Source: Sandaracinaceae bacterium (GTDB taxonomy: Bacteria > Myxococcota_A > Polyangia > Polyangiales > Sandaracinaceae). From it: a stretch of DNA of 19,372 nucleotides. A program made the translations under genes and the position numbers. This document shows, piece after piece, positions 1-11,552 of the stretch. Where the stretch lies: the NCBI GenBank assembly GCA_044220955.1, contig JBGAQA010000115.1, positions 1 through 19,372 of the forward strand. The letters run 5' to 3'. The notes beneath the pieces are model-generated. The model was not told the origin of the DNA. It was given only the letters and a program-made list of their open reading frames with translations, and did no database searches. Positions within the stretch are counted from its first letter, which is position 1. Each line of letters opens with the position of its first letter.

Positions 1-78
1 AGGCGACCGCACCCGAGGCGACCGCACCCGAGGCGACCGCACCCGAGGCGACCGCATCGCAGGCGTCCGCACCCGAGG
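1..78 (+). repeat. 15-bp tandem repeat (AGGCGACCGCACCCG, about 5 copies, last two degenerate) encoding ATAPE pentapeptides
   Basis: Seen directly. In the frame of the large ORF it reads ATAPE-ATAPE-ATAPE-ATASQ-ASAPE. It may continue upstream of the window. Confidence 0.9.
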
Positions 79-3000
79 TACGGCCCGCTCCGGCGGCTGA
101 CGGCGCGGTGCCCGCGCCGGTCCGATCGGCGGACGAGAGCGCGGGCCCCGCCGCCGACGCTGCGCCCGATGCTGCCGCTCCGCCCACCGCGGAGGCGCGT
201 CCCTCGAGCGTCGCTCCGCCGTCTCCGAGCCCCGCTGCCGTCGAGCCCCCGAAGCCGGACGCGTCGCGCCCGGAGGCCTCGCGCCCCGATCAGGATCGCG
301 GCGCCCAGGCAGCTCGTCGCAGCGTGCGGTCGCGAAAGCCGCGCAAGGAGCACTTCCCGCTCGTCGGTCACGAGGAAGGCGCCCGCCGCGCTCAGCTCGA
401 GATGCTCAGCCGCATCGCCGAGCGGTCGACGGGGGTGGTGGCGGGCCGCTCGTTCGCGACGGCGGCCGACATCGCCGCGGCGATCGGCGACACGGCTGGC
501 GCTGCCCGACTGCGTGAGCGGGCGCGCGCTGCCGATCCGAGCGACATCCTGGCGCTTCGCAGCGCCCGCAGGGCCGCGCAGCAGCGGGGCGCGTGGGAGG
601 AGATCCGCGCGAGCCTCCGCGCCGAGGCCGCGCTGCCGGGCAGCAGCCGCGCGCTGGTCCTGGCGACCCTGGCGGAGCTCGAGCTCGGCCCGCTCGGTGA
701 CGGGAGGGCGGCCGATGCGACGGCGTCGGAGGCGCTCGCCGACGGCGCCGTGTGCGTGGGCGCGGCGCTGACCCGGCACGACGCGGCGGAGGGCGCGCCG
801 GGGGAGAGCGCTTACGCGGCCCTCGTGGCCGGGGTCGGCGCCGGACCCGCTGCCGCGCTGCTCGATCGCGCGCGGGCGCGGGCCGCCGAGCGCGCTGGGC
901 GTCCGACGGAAATCGAGGGAGACGACGTCGAGGCAGCGCTCATCCGGGCCCGGACTGCGCTCGCACGGTCGGCGCCGATGGCGCTGGCGAGCGCGCTCGC
1001 GGCGCTCGCGGCCCGCGCGGCCCCGCCGGAGCTCGCGGACGCGGCGCGACGAGCGGCCGCGCTCGCCCACGCGCGGACCGGCGATCATGCCGCCGCGCTC
1101 GCCCACGTCACGGCGCTCGAGGGCGCGAGCCTGCCGACGCTGCGCGCCGCGGCGCGTCTGGCGGCGCGGGTCGGCGACCCGCAGCGGGAGACGGCCGCCC
1201 TGCGGGCGTGGGCCGCGGCGACGAGCGGCAGCGACCGCGCGTCGGCCCTCGCGCGCGTCGCGGATCTGGCCGTCGACGGCGGCGACCTCGACCAGGCCGA
1301 GGCCGCCCTTCGCGACGCGGCACTCGCCGACGCGTCGCTCGGGACGCTGCGCATCGTCCGCGACCGCATCGTACGCAAGGACCCCGCCCGCGCCGGGCGC
1401 GCCGACGGGTCCGAGGGCGCGCTCGTCCTCGCGGCCAAGGTCGCCATCGACGTCGACGACGTCGGCCGCGAGACCGAGCTGCTCGCGCGCGCGCGCACGG
1501 AGGACGACGCCCCGGTGACGGCCGACGTGCTCTCCCTCGACGCGGCCGTGCTGACCGAGAGCGCAGGCGGCCTCGCGCAGACCGATCACGCGGCCGTCGA
1601 TCAGGGGCTCGCGCGCGAGGTCGAGCGCACGCCGGCCGACGCGCGGACGCCGATCCTCGTGGCGTTGGCGGATCGCTTCGCTTCGCGGGGCGACGCAGGG
1701 GCACGCGAGCAAGCACTGCGTGACGCGCGCTCGCTCTCGCCCGGAGAGGCCATCGTGGTGCGCGATCTCGCGGCGATGCTCGCGCCTCGATCGCCCCGAG
1801 ACGCGGCGGCGCTCTGGCTCGAGGAGGCGAGCGCCGCGCCCGATGCCCGCGCGGCGTTCGCGGCGTCCATGGCGGGCCGTCTCCTCGACGGGGAGGGCGC
1901 CGTCACGGCACACCGCCGCGCGCTCGACGCACGGCGTGGCCACGCTCCGTCCATCGATGCGCTCGAGCGTCAGGCGAGGGCGCTCGGTGACGCCAAGCTG
2001 CTCGAGGAGGCTCTCGAGCGCGGCCTCGCGCTGCCCACCGTCCCGCTCGACCGCGCAGCGCAGCTCGTCCGGCTCGCCCTCATCCGCGCCGAAGATCCGG
2101 TCGCCGCGGCCAAGACGTTCGACGAGGCGCGGGAGCTCGCGCCGGACGATGCGGTGCTCGCCGACCTCGCGCTGCGTCTGGGCGACGCCCTCTCGCTCCG
2201 GCAGCGCGCGGATCTCGCCGGGCGCGCGGCGGCGAGCGCGCCGTCGGCCCTCGCGCCGGCGTACCGGCTCGCGCACCTCTTCGCGCTCGAAGACGCCGGC
2301 GACCTCGCCCAGGCCGCGGCCTCGGCGCGCGATCTCGCGTCGACGCCCGGAGCCGTCGGGCGGGCCGCGCAGACGGTGCTCGACCGCGTCGAGATCGCCG
2401 CGGGCGAGCTGCCGAGCGTCGCGGAGCGACGCTTCGCGGCGCTGAGGAGCGCGACGCCCGCTGACGGATCGACCGGCCAAGAGAGCTCCCGGGTCCGGGC
2501 GCTCGAGGAGCTGGCCGCGTTCGATCTCGAAGTGAAGCGTGATCCTTCCTCGGCTGCGGCCTCGCTCGCCGGCATCCTGGAGCTGCGGCCCCAGCACCTC
2601 TTCGCGCTGCGCGCCCTCGAGCGGCACGCGATGGAGACGAACCAGGGGGTCGAGCTCGCCGCGCTCGAGGAGCAGCTGGTGCGCGCCGGCATCGCTCCGT
2701 CCGACGCGGCCGCACACCTGAGGCTCGCGGTACGGCTCCTGCTCGCGCCCGCCGACGCGCGCGGCGATGCCGCGGACGATGCGGCGCTCGCTTCGCGCTC
2801 GGCGGTGGGCGACGACGCGTGGACGCTGCGCCGCGTCGTGGCGGCGGCCCACGCGAAGAACGACGCCGCGACGGCAGCGGCCGCCGGACGTGCGCTCGCC
2901 GAGCAGCTCGCCGGTCCCGTCGAGCGGGCGACCTACGCGCTGCGTGCTGCGCACAGCCTCGGGCGCGCGCATGCGGGCGTCCCGACCGCCGCGGCGAGGG

Positions 3001-4991
3001 CTGCGGAGCTGCTCACCCCCTTCGCGGCCGCGGCGCCCACGCACGGCCCCATCTGGGAGGAGCTCGCCGAGCTCCACGAGCAGGCCGGAGCTCACGCGAA
3101 GGCCGTGGACGCGCTGGAGGCGGCCGCGGCGGCTTCGAACGTCCCCGCGCGCAAGGTCGCGCTCTTCCATCGGGCTGCCGTCCTCGCGAGCGACCGAGCC
3201 GACGACGACGCGCGCGCGCTGGCGATGCTCGAGGGCGCGGGGGCCATCGACGTCGCGTACGCGGACGTGTTCGAGCGGACGCGGGTCATCCTGGAGCGCC
3301 AGGGCGATCGGCACAAGCTCTCGGATCTCGTGAAGCGCAGGGCCGCCGCCGGCGGTGACGGTGCGATGCTGGTCGAGCTCCACCTCGCGGAGGCGGGGCT
3401 GCGCGAGGCCGATCAGGACGTCGAGGGCGCGAAGGAAGCGCTGCGCGCGGCGCTGGCCATCGCGCCCGAGAAGCTCGAGGCGCTCCGCAAGCTCGCGCAG
3501 CTCAGCCTCGCGGGCGAGGACTACCGCACGGCGGCCGACGCCCTGATCCGCATCGCGCGCATTCGAAAAGACCGCGAGGAGCTCCGGTGGGTGTTCTTCA
3601 CGCTCGGCGACATCTACGACCGGCACATCCCCGACCCGAAGCGAGCGGAGGCTGCGTTCCTGCGCGTGCTCAAGCTCGACCCCGAGGACGTTCCCTCGAT
3701 GGAGCGCCTCGCCGAGCTCTATCAGCGCGAGCGGCAGGTCCCGCAGGCCGCCGAGATGCTCGAGCGGCTCGCCAAGAGCGAGGTGGACCCCGATCGCGTT
3801 CGCCGGCACCAGCTGGCGCTCGCGAGCGTGCTCGAGACGGGCGGCGACGCGCGCAAGGCCGAGCAGGTGCTCGAGATCGCGCGTCGCGCGGCGCCGACGG
3901 AGCTCGAGACGCTGCGCGCGCTGGCCGAGTTCTACGGCCGCCAGCGCGCCCAGACGGCGCACGCGATGCACCTCAACCGGGCGGTCTCCGACTTCCGGCA
4001 CGCGCTCCTCACGGACCTGGCCGACACCCAGGCCTGGCTCGGCCTCGTGGAGGTGCTGGGCTGGCGCGGCAAGCGCGACGCCGCCCGCGCGGTGGCCTCC
4101 CTGGCCATGGCGATGGGCATCGTGGACGTGGAGCTCTCGAAGCTGCTCGACGCAGCGGGCGGCGCTCCCGGCGCGGGGCAGCGCGGCGCCGACGGCGACC
4201 TCGACGACGTCCTGGCGAGCGCCACGCTCACGGCGCCGACGCGCTCGGTGTTCCGGTTGCTCGGGGCGGCGCTCGAGAAGGTCCTCCCCTTCGACCCGCG
4301 CACCCTCCGTGCCGAGAAGCTCGGCGCGAAGGACACCTCGCTGCGTCCCATCGCGCTCGAGATCGGACGCTGGATGGGCCTGGGTGACGTGGAGATCTGG
4401 ATCGCGCCCACGGCGGGGCGCGTCTGCATGCCCGTCTCGAGCCAGCCGATCGCGCTCGTCGTCGGGCGCGATCTCCTGAGCGCAGACGAGCGAGAGCGGA
4501 CGTTCCTGCTGGCGCGCGCGCTCCGGATCGCCAAGAGCCAGCTCACGCTCGCGCTCCGGGCGCAGCCCGCGGAGCTGGCCGCGCTGCTCGCCGGGCTGGT
4601 GCTCAACTTCGACCCCCACTACCAGATCCCCATGGGAGTCGACGCCGCGCAGGCGCAGGACTTCATGCGGCGCGTCGCGCGCCAGCTGCCACGCCGTGCG
4701 CAGGAGGAGATCGGGCCGGTGGTCTTCGAGATGGCCGGCGCGCCCGAGTACGAGCCGACGAAGCTCGCGCTCGCCGTCTCCGAGCTCGGCGATCGTGCGG
4801 CGCTGCTCATGACGGGCAACGCGCCCGCGGCGCTCTCGGCGCTGGCGAAGCTCGCGGGCGAGGCGGCGCTGCCGGCCGATCCGAGCGCGCGCGTGGCGGC
4901 GCTGCGACGCTCGCCCGAGTCCGCCTCGCTCGTCTCGTTCGCGCTCTCCGACGCGCACTTCGACGCGCGCCACCGGGCCGGTCTGAGCTGA
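3..4991 (+). CDS. Giant TPR/alpha-solenoid protein (more than 1660 aa, 5'-truncated) with a Pro/Ala-rich linker and a C-terminal globular domain
   Basis: The frame is open from nt 3 through the track's GTG108 to TGA4991, so the true start is probably upstream. TPR-like helix pairs include AKEALRAALAIAPEKLEALRKLAQL and AEAAFLRVLKLDPEDVPSMERLAELY. Codon third positions are strongly G/C. Confidence 0.85.
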   Translation, partial: ATAPEATAPEATAPEATASQASAPEVRPAPAADGAVPAPVRSADESAGPAADAAPDAAAPPTAEARPSSVAPPSPSPAAVEPPKPDASRPEASRPDQDRGAQAARRSVRSRKPRKEHFPLVGHEEGARRAQLEMLSRIAERSTGVVAGRSFATAADIAAAIGDTAGAARLRERARAADPSDILALRSARRAAQQRGAWEEIRASLRAEAALPGSSRALVLATLAELELGPLGDGRAADATASEALADGAVCVGAALTRHDAAEGAPGESAYAALVAGVGAGPAAALLDRARARAAERAGRPTEIEGDDVEAALIRARTALARSAPMALASALAALAARAAPPELADAARRAAALAHARTGDHAAALAHVTALEGASLPTLRAAARLAARVGDPQRETAALRAWAAATSGSDRASALARVADLAVDGGDLDQAEAALRDAALADASLGTLRIVRDRIVRKDPARAGRADGSEGALVLAAKVAIDVDDVGRETELLARARTEDDAPVTADVLSLDAAVLTESAGGLAQTDHAAVDQGLAREVERTPADARTPILVALADRFASRGDAGAREQALRDARSLSPGEAIVVRDLAAMLAPRSPRDAAALWLEEASAAPDARAAFAASMAGRLLDGEGAVTAHRRALDARRGHAPSIDALERQARALGDAKLLEEALERGLALPTVPLDRAAQLVRLALIRAEDPVAAAKTFDEARELAPDDAVLADLALRLGDALSLRQRADLAGRAAASAPSALAPAYRLAHLFALEDAGDLAQAAASARDLASTPGAVGRAAQTVLDRVEIAAGELPSVAERRFAALRSATPADGSTGQESSRVRALEELAAFDLEVKRDPSSAAASLAGILELRPQHLFALRALERHAMETNQGVELAALEEQLVRAGIAPSDAAAHLRLAVRLLLAPADARGDAADDAALASRSAVGDDAWTLRRVVAAAHAKNDAATAAAAGRALAEQLAGPVERATYALRAAHSLGRAHAGVPTAAARAAELLTPFAAAAPTHGPIWEELAELHEQAGAHAKAVDALEAAAAASNVPARKVALFHRAAVLASDRADDDARALAMLEGAGAIDVAYADVFERTRVILERQGDRHKLSDLVKRRAAAGGDGAMLVELHLAEAGLREADQDVEGAKEALRAALAIAPEKLEALRKLAQLSLAGEDYRTAADALIRIARIRKDREELRWVFFTLGDIYDRHIPDPKRAEAAFLRVLKLDPEDVPSMERLAELYQRERQVPQAAEMLERLAKSEVDPDRVRRHQLALASVLETGGDARKAEQVLEIARRAAPTELETLRALAEFYGRQRAQTAHAMHLNRAVSDFRHALLTDLADTQAWLGLVEVLGWRGKRDAARAVASLAMAMGIVDVELSKLLDAAGGAPGAGQRGADGDLDDVLASATLTAPTRSVFRLLGAALEKVLPFDPRTLRAEKLGAKDTSLRPIALEIGRWMGLGDVEIWIAPTAGRVCMPVSSQPIALVVGRDLLSADERERTFLLARALRIAKSQLTLALRAQPAELAALLAGLVLNFDPHYQIPMGVDAAQAQDFMRRVARQLPRRAQEEIGPVVFEMAGAPEYEPTKLALAVSELGDRAALLMTGNAPAALSALAKLAGEAALPADPSARVAALRRSPESASLVSFALSDAHFDARHRAGLS

Positions 4992-4997
4992 GCTCCG

Positions 4998-5591
4998 ATG
5001 CGCATCGGCCTGCTCGGACCGGGAGAGGACGAGGCGCTCTTTCGCGAGGCCGCCACGTTCCTGCTCGGTGATGCAGGGGCGGAGCAGGTCGTGTATCTCG
5101 GCGACGGTGCCTTCCTCGAGGACGCGACCTCTCGCTGGGCGCGCGAGCTGGGCGTCGCCACCGAGGATGCGTTCCTGACCCACGCGCTCGACGTCGCGAT
5201 GTCGGGCGGCGCGGAGGACGTCGACCGACTGCTCGCGCGCGACGCTCTGACGTCGCGGCTCGCGCACATCCGCAAGCTGCCGCCGCCGCCGGCTCGAGCC
5301 ATCGAGCTGATCGACGAGCGCGTGGTGGTCTTCGTGCACGACAAGGCCGTCCTCGACGAGGAGGACATCGCCAACGCGGCCGTGGTGGTCTACGGCCGCT
5401 CGACGGAAGCGGGCGTCCGGCGCTTCGGCAAGCGCCTCTTCGTCACGCCGGGGCCGCTCGAGGGCCGCCGGGTCGGGATGATCGAGGACGAGGATGCGGG
5501 CGCGTTCGTCTCGCTGGTCGACCTCTCGGGACACGCGCTCCTGCGCGAGGCGCTCGCCGCAGGCTCGACCAAGCTCACGGTCGCGGGATGA
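4998..5591 (+). CDS. Hypothetical protein, probable degenerate calcineurin-like (YfcE/Vps29-type) metallophosphoesterase fold
   Basis: Starts 6 nt after the TPR stop and overlaps nadD by ATGA. The motif order MRIGLLG / VVYLGD / VFVHD / VVYGRS / FVTPG parallels MKIxxxSDxH / GD / H / GHTH / NPGS. The CDS is solid; the fold call is inferred. Confidence 0.65.
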   Translation: MRIGLLGPGEDEALFREAATFLLGDAGAEQVVYLGDGAFLEDATSRWARELGVATEDAFLTHALDVAMSGGAEDVDRLLARDALTSRLAHIRKLPPPPARAIELIDERVVVFVHDKAVLDEEDIANAAVVVYGRSTEAGVRRFGKRLFVTPGPLEGRRVGMIEDEDAGAFVSLVDLSGHALLREALAAGSTKLTVAG

Positions 5592-6151
5592 GCGAGCCGG
5601 GCGCGCTCGGCGTCTTCGGCGGCAGCTTCGATCCGCCGCACGCTGGACACGTGCTGCTCGCCGCGTACGCGCTCGCGTGCGCACCCATCGCGGGGATCCT
5701 GGTGGTCCCGACCTTTCAGCACGCGTTCGGCAAGCGATCGGCGTCCTTCGACGACCGCGTCCGGATGTGCGAGCGCGCGTTCGGTGGCCTCGCGGGCGTC
5801 ACGGTCACGCGCATCGAGGAGCGGCTGGGGGGCGCCAGCTACACGGTCCGCACGCTCGAGGCGCTCGGGTCGGAGCGTCCCGGGGTGCCCCTGCGCCTTC
5901 TCATCGGTGCCGACGTGCTGCCCGAGACACCGCGATGGCGGCAGTGGGAGCGCGTCGCCGCGCTCGCGCCGCCCTACGTGGTCGGACGCGGCGGCAGCGA
6001 CTCGCCCGAGGACGCCCCGGTGCTGCCGACGATCTCGTCGACCGAGGTGCGCGAGCGCTACCGGATCGGCGGGTCGGTCGAGCGCTGGGTCCCGCGCGCG
6101 GTCGACGCGTACGTGCGCGCGCACGGCCTCTACGGGACCGGCGCCCCGTGA
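5588..6151 (+). CDS. nadD: Nicotinate-nucleotide adenylyltransferase
   Basis: GVFGGSFDPPHAGH (HxGH motif), SYTVRTL, LLIGAD, W..W and ISSTEVR motifs; 187 aa. Confidence 0.93.
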   Translation: MSEPGALGVFGGSFDPPHAGHVLLAAYALACAPIAGILVVPTFQHAFGKRSASFDDRVRMCERAFGGLAGVTVTRIEERLGGASYTVRTLEALGSERPGVPLRLLIGADVLPETPRWRQWERVAALAPPYVVGRGGSDSPEDAPVLPTISSTEVRERYRIGGSVERWVPRAVDAYVRAHGLYGTGAP

Positions 6152-6922
6152 CGCTTCGCGTCCTCGTGATCGGCCGCGGCCGGCTGGGGACGAGCGTGGC
6201 GCGCGCGCTTCGGGCCGCCCGCGCATCCGTCGTGCACTGGTCCGGGCGGGGCCCGTGGCCGGTGCGCCGCCCGGCCGTGGACGTGGCGCTGCTCGCCGTC
6301 GCCGATCCCTTCGTGAGCGACGTCGCGGCTCGCCTCGCCGCGCGGCTGGGCCGCGCGTGCGTGGTCCTGCACGCGAGCGGTGCGCATGGAGCCTCGCTGC
6401 TCGATCCGCTCGCGCCGAGAGCACGTGGCGTCCTGCACCCGCTGGTCTCGTTCGCGGGGGCGCATGCCCCGAGGCTGGAGCGAGCGACGGCGGTCGCCGG
6501 CGGCGACGCGCGGGCCGTCCGCGCCGCGCGCTCGCTCGGGCGGGCCCTCGGCCTCGAGGTCGTGGTGCTGCCGATCCACGGGCCCCGGTATCATGCGGCG
6601 GCTGCGCTCGTCGCCAACGGCGCCGCGGCGCTCGCCACGTTCGCGGTGCACTCGCTGCACGCGCAGGGCATGCCGCGACGCGTGGCCGAGCGCGCGGTCG
6701 GCGGCTTGCTCCGCTCGGTCGCCGAGAACGTGGCGACGGTCGGGGTCCCGCGCGCGCTCACCGGTCCGATCGTGCGTGGAGACGCCGCCGGCGTCGCGCG
6801 ACACCGCGCGGCGCTCGATCCGCCGACGCGCGCGGCGTATGACGCGATCGCGCCCGTGATCCTCGCCGTCGCCCGGGAGGCGGGGCTCCCGCCGGCGCGC
6901 GCGCGCGCCGTCGGCGTCGCGC

Positions 6923-8236
<1,314 letters not shown>

Positions 8237-8286
8237 GTGCGGGCCTCATGTATTCCTGTCGGCCCGGTTCGCGCAAGCCCGAGCGG

Positions 8287-8637
8287 TCACGCGACCCGGC
8301 GGTGCACGCCGGTGCCCGCCGCCCTTCCCGGTTCGAGGGCGAGCGAGCAGTTCCGGCAGATCGGCCGCTCGTTGGCGAGGCGGTTCAGGGTCCCGCCGGC
8401 GAAGACGAAGGCGAACGAGCTCGGGATGAGGATGCAGAAGTCGGCCCCGAGGACCGGCGAGAGCGCGAGCAGGAGCGCCACCCCGCCCCACCACGCCATC
8501 CGCAGGCGGGCCCAGCCGCGCCAGGGGACGATCGCGGAGACGACGTCGTCGCAGCGACGGCAGTACATCTGCGGGTCGGAATCCTCGACGCTCTCGGCCA
8601 CGACCGGAACCGTGGTGCCGGGGGCCGGCCGACGCAA
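8287..8637 (-). CDS. Small membrane-associated protein with two CxxC motifs flanking a hydrophobic segment (start uncertain)
   Basis: YCRRC ... WWGGVALLLALSPVLGADFCILIPSSFAFVFAGG ... ICRNC. Fills the gap between exbD and the kinase on the same strand. Confidence 0.7.
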   Translation of the reverse strand: MRRPAPGTTVPVVAESVEDSDPQMYCRRCDDVVSAIVPWRGWARLRMAWWGGVALLLALSPVLGADFCILIPSSFAFVFAGGTLNRLANERPICRNCSLALEPGRAAGTGVHRRVA

Positions 8638-8668
8638 CGCCTTTCAAGCGATAGGCTGGCCGAGCCTG

Positions 8669-9184
8669 TCACCTCACCCCGGCGCTGATCTGGACGTCGG
8701 GGAAGAGCGGGACATCGTCACGGCTCCGCAGCGCGTCCATCGTCGCGATCACGTCACGATACGGAATGCCCGGATCGGCGCTCACGACGACGGTGTGCTC
8801 GGTGGGGTGTGCCGCGTGGAGGACGGCGGCGCAGCGCGCGATCGCCGCGACCTCGAAGCCCTCGTCACCGCGCGCCGCCATCGGGACGACGGGTCCGCCG
8901 ACGCGGCACTGGGCGTCCACGCCGCCCTCCCGCGTCGCCATGACCGCGCCCCGCTCGGTCAGCGTCACCGACAGGCCGAGCGGCGGAGCCCGGCCGGGGC
9001 CGAAGCCCGGGAGCTCGGCGCGCACCTCGCTCACGGTCGCGATGCTCGCGCTCGTCGCGAGCAGGAACAGCATCAGGTTGGTGACGATGTCGAGGAAGGG
9101 GACGATGTCGAGCTCGGTGCTGCCCGTCTGCTCGCTCTCGCGCTGACGGATCGCCCTTCGGAGCGCGCGCCGGATGTTCGTCAT
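8669..9184 (-). CDS. ExbD/TolR-family biopolymer transporter subunit (myxobacterial AglQ/AglS-like)
   Basis: TM segment ELDIVPFLDIVTNLMLFLL with the conserved Asp. Periplasmic VVVSADPGIPYRDVIATMDALR and terminal LFPDV. Confidence 0.88.
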   Translation of the reverse strand: MTNIRRALRRAIRQRESEQTGSTELDIVPFLDIVTNLMLFLLATSASIATVSEVRAELPGFGPGRAPPLGLSVTLTERGAVMATREGGVDAQCRVGGPVVPMAARGDEGFEVAAIARCAAVLHAAHPTEHTVVVSADPGIPYRDVIATMDALRSRDDVPLFPDVQISAGVR

Positions 9185-9299
9185 GGGCGAACCGACACCG
9201 GCCGTGCGCGCCGGTTCCCGGGGCCCGACGCGGGCGGAGCGGGCGCCCCGCGCGCAGCGACGAGACGCGACGACGGGGCGGGGCCTCGCGGCCCGGTGA

Positions 9300-10205
9300 T
9301 CAGTAGTTCCGGACGACGACCTCGGAGACCAGCCCGCGCTTGTCGGCGTCGCAGTTGATGGCGCGCGGCGCGGCGATGGTGTCGATCCGGTAGTCCGCGT
9401 AGAGGCCGCGGATGAAGGGCACGTCGCTGTTGCTGAGCATGATCTTGCAGCCGCGCCGGTCGAGCTCGTCGACGACGTCGCGCAGGCGCGTCTGGTCGGC
9501 CTGCGAGAAGCCGTCCGCGCCGTAGGCGACGAAGCTGGCCGTGGTGCTGACCGGCTCGTAGGGCGGATCGAGGTACACGAAGTCGCCCGGCTTCGCGAGC
9601 GAGAGCAGGCCTTCGAAGCTCGTGTGGCGGATGTCGGCGCGGTGCAGGGCGCGGCTCGCCGTGCGGAGCGCGTGCTCGTCGCAGATGTTCGGGTTCTTGT
9701 AGCGGCCCTCGGGCACGTTGAACTCGCCGCGGCGGTTGACGCGGTGCAGCCCGTTGAAGCACGTCTTGTTGAGGTACACGAACATCGCCGCGCGCTCGTT
9801 CCTCGAGAGCTCCCGGCGCTCGGCGTTGTAGCGCTCGCGCACCCGGTAGTAGCTGCCCGAGGCGTGCGCGAGCGAGAGCACCTCGAGCTCGCCGATCACC
9901 GCCCCGACGTCGTCGCGCACCGCGAGGTACGTGTCGACGAGCGACGCGTTGAGATCGCAGAGCAGCGCGCGCTCGGGCCCGCGAGCGAAGAACATCGCGC
10001 CGCCGCCGGTGAAGGGCTCGACGTGCCGCATCCGCTCGACCCCGGGGGGCAGCATGGGCAGCAGCTGCCCGAGGAGCCGACCCTTGCCCCCCACCCACTT
10101 GAGGAAGGGAGACGCCTCGCGGGCGGCCGGCGCTGTCTCACGCGCGATCCGCGGAACGGGCCTACGGGAAAGCTTGATCCGCGCGACCGCCTGCGATGTA
10201 GCCAT
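9300..10205 (-). CDS. dam: DNA adenine methyltransferase, Dam/D12 class
   Basis: PFLKWVGGK, EPFTGGGAMFF (SAM binding), YLNKTCFNGLHRVN..GEFNVP.G, DFVYLDPPY (catalytic) and MLSNSD. ATG10205 is preferred over the track's TTG10241. Target specificity cannot be shown from sequence. Confidence 0.92.
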   Translation of the reverse strand: MATSQAVARIKLSRRPVPRIARETAPAAREASPFLKWVGGKGRLLGQLLPMLPPGVERMRHVEPFTGGGAMFFARGPERALLCDLNASLVDTYLAVRDDVGAVIGELEVLSLAHASGSYYRVRERYNAERRELSRNERAAMFVYLNKTCFNGLHRVNRRGEFNVPEGRYKNPNICDEHALRTASRALHRADIRHTSFEGLLSLAKPGDFVYLDPPYEPVSTTASFVAYGADGFSQADQTRLRDVVDELDRRGCKIMLSNSDVPFIRGLYADYRIDTIAAPRAINCDADKRGLVSEVVVRNY

Positions 10206-10227
10206 ATGTGCGACAGTAAGCGCACAT
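10206..10227 (-). promoter_or_regulatory. Putative -10 element (TACTGT, 10213-10218) 7 nt upstream of the dam ATG, bracketed by the inverted repeat ATGTGCG-N8-CGCACAT
   Basis: The minus strand reads tacatgtgcgct-TACTGT-cgcacat-ATG. The arms 10206-10212 and 10221-10227 are perfect reverse complements, in a locally AT-richer patch. Confidence 0.5.
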
Positions 10228-10239
10228 GTAGGTACACCC

Positions 10240-10289
10240 AAGAAAACGGCAGATCACGACAGGCGAGCCGACCCCATCCGCGGATCGGG

Positions 10290-10291
<2 letters not shown>
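10240..10291 (-). terminator. Possible intrinsic terminator or hairpins after the aminotransferase
   Basis: Inverted repeat GACCC-C-ATCCGCGGAT-C-GGGTC (10270-10291) at the stop codon, then an imperfect CGGC...GCCG stem followed by TTTTCTT on the minus strand. Confidence 0.3.

Positions 10292-11552
<1,261 letters not shown>

Noticed and set aside
1..78. Direct repeats as a CRISPR array
   Set aside because: They are head-to-tail 15-mers with no spacers, in frame within a CDS, and no cas genes are present.
9185..9299. 115-bp GC-rich gap between dam and exbD as an ncRNA or riboswitch
   Set aside because: Only short GC stems are present, with no recognisable family motif or U-tract.
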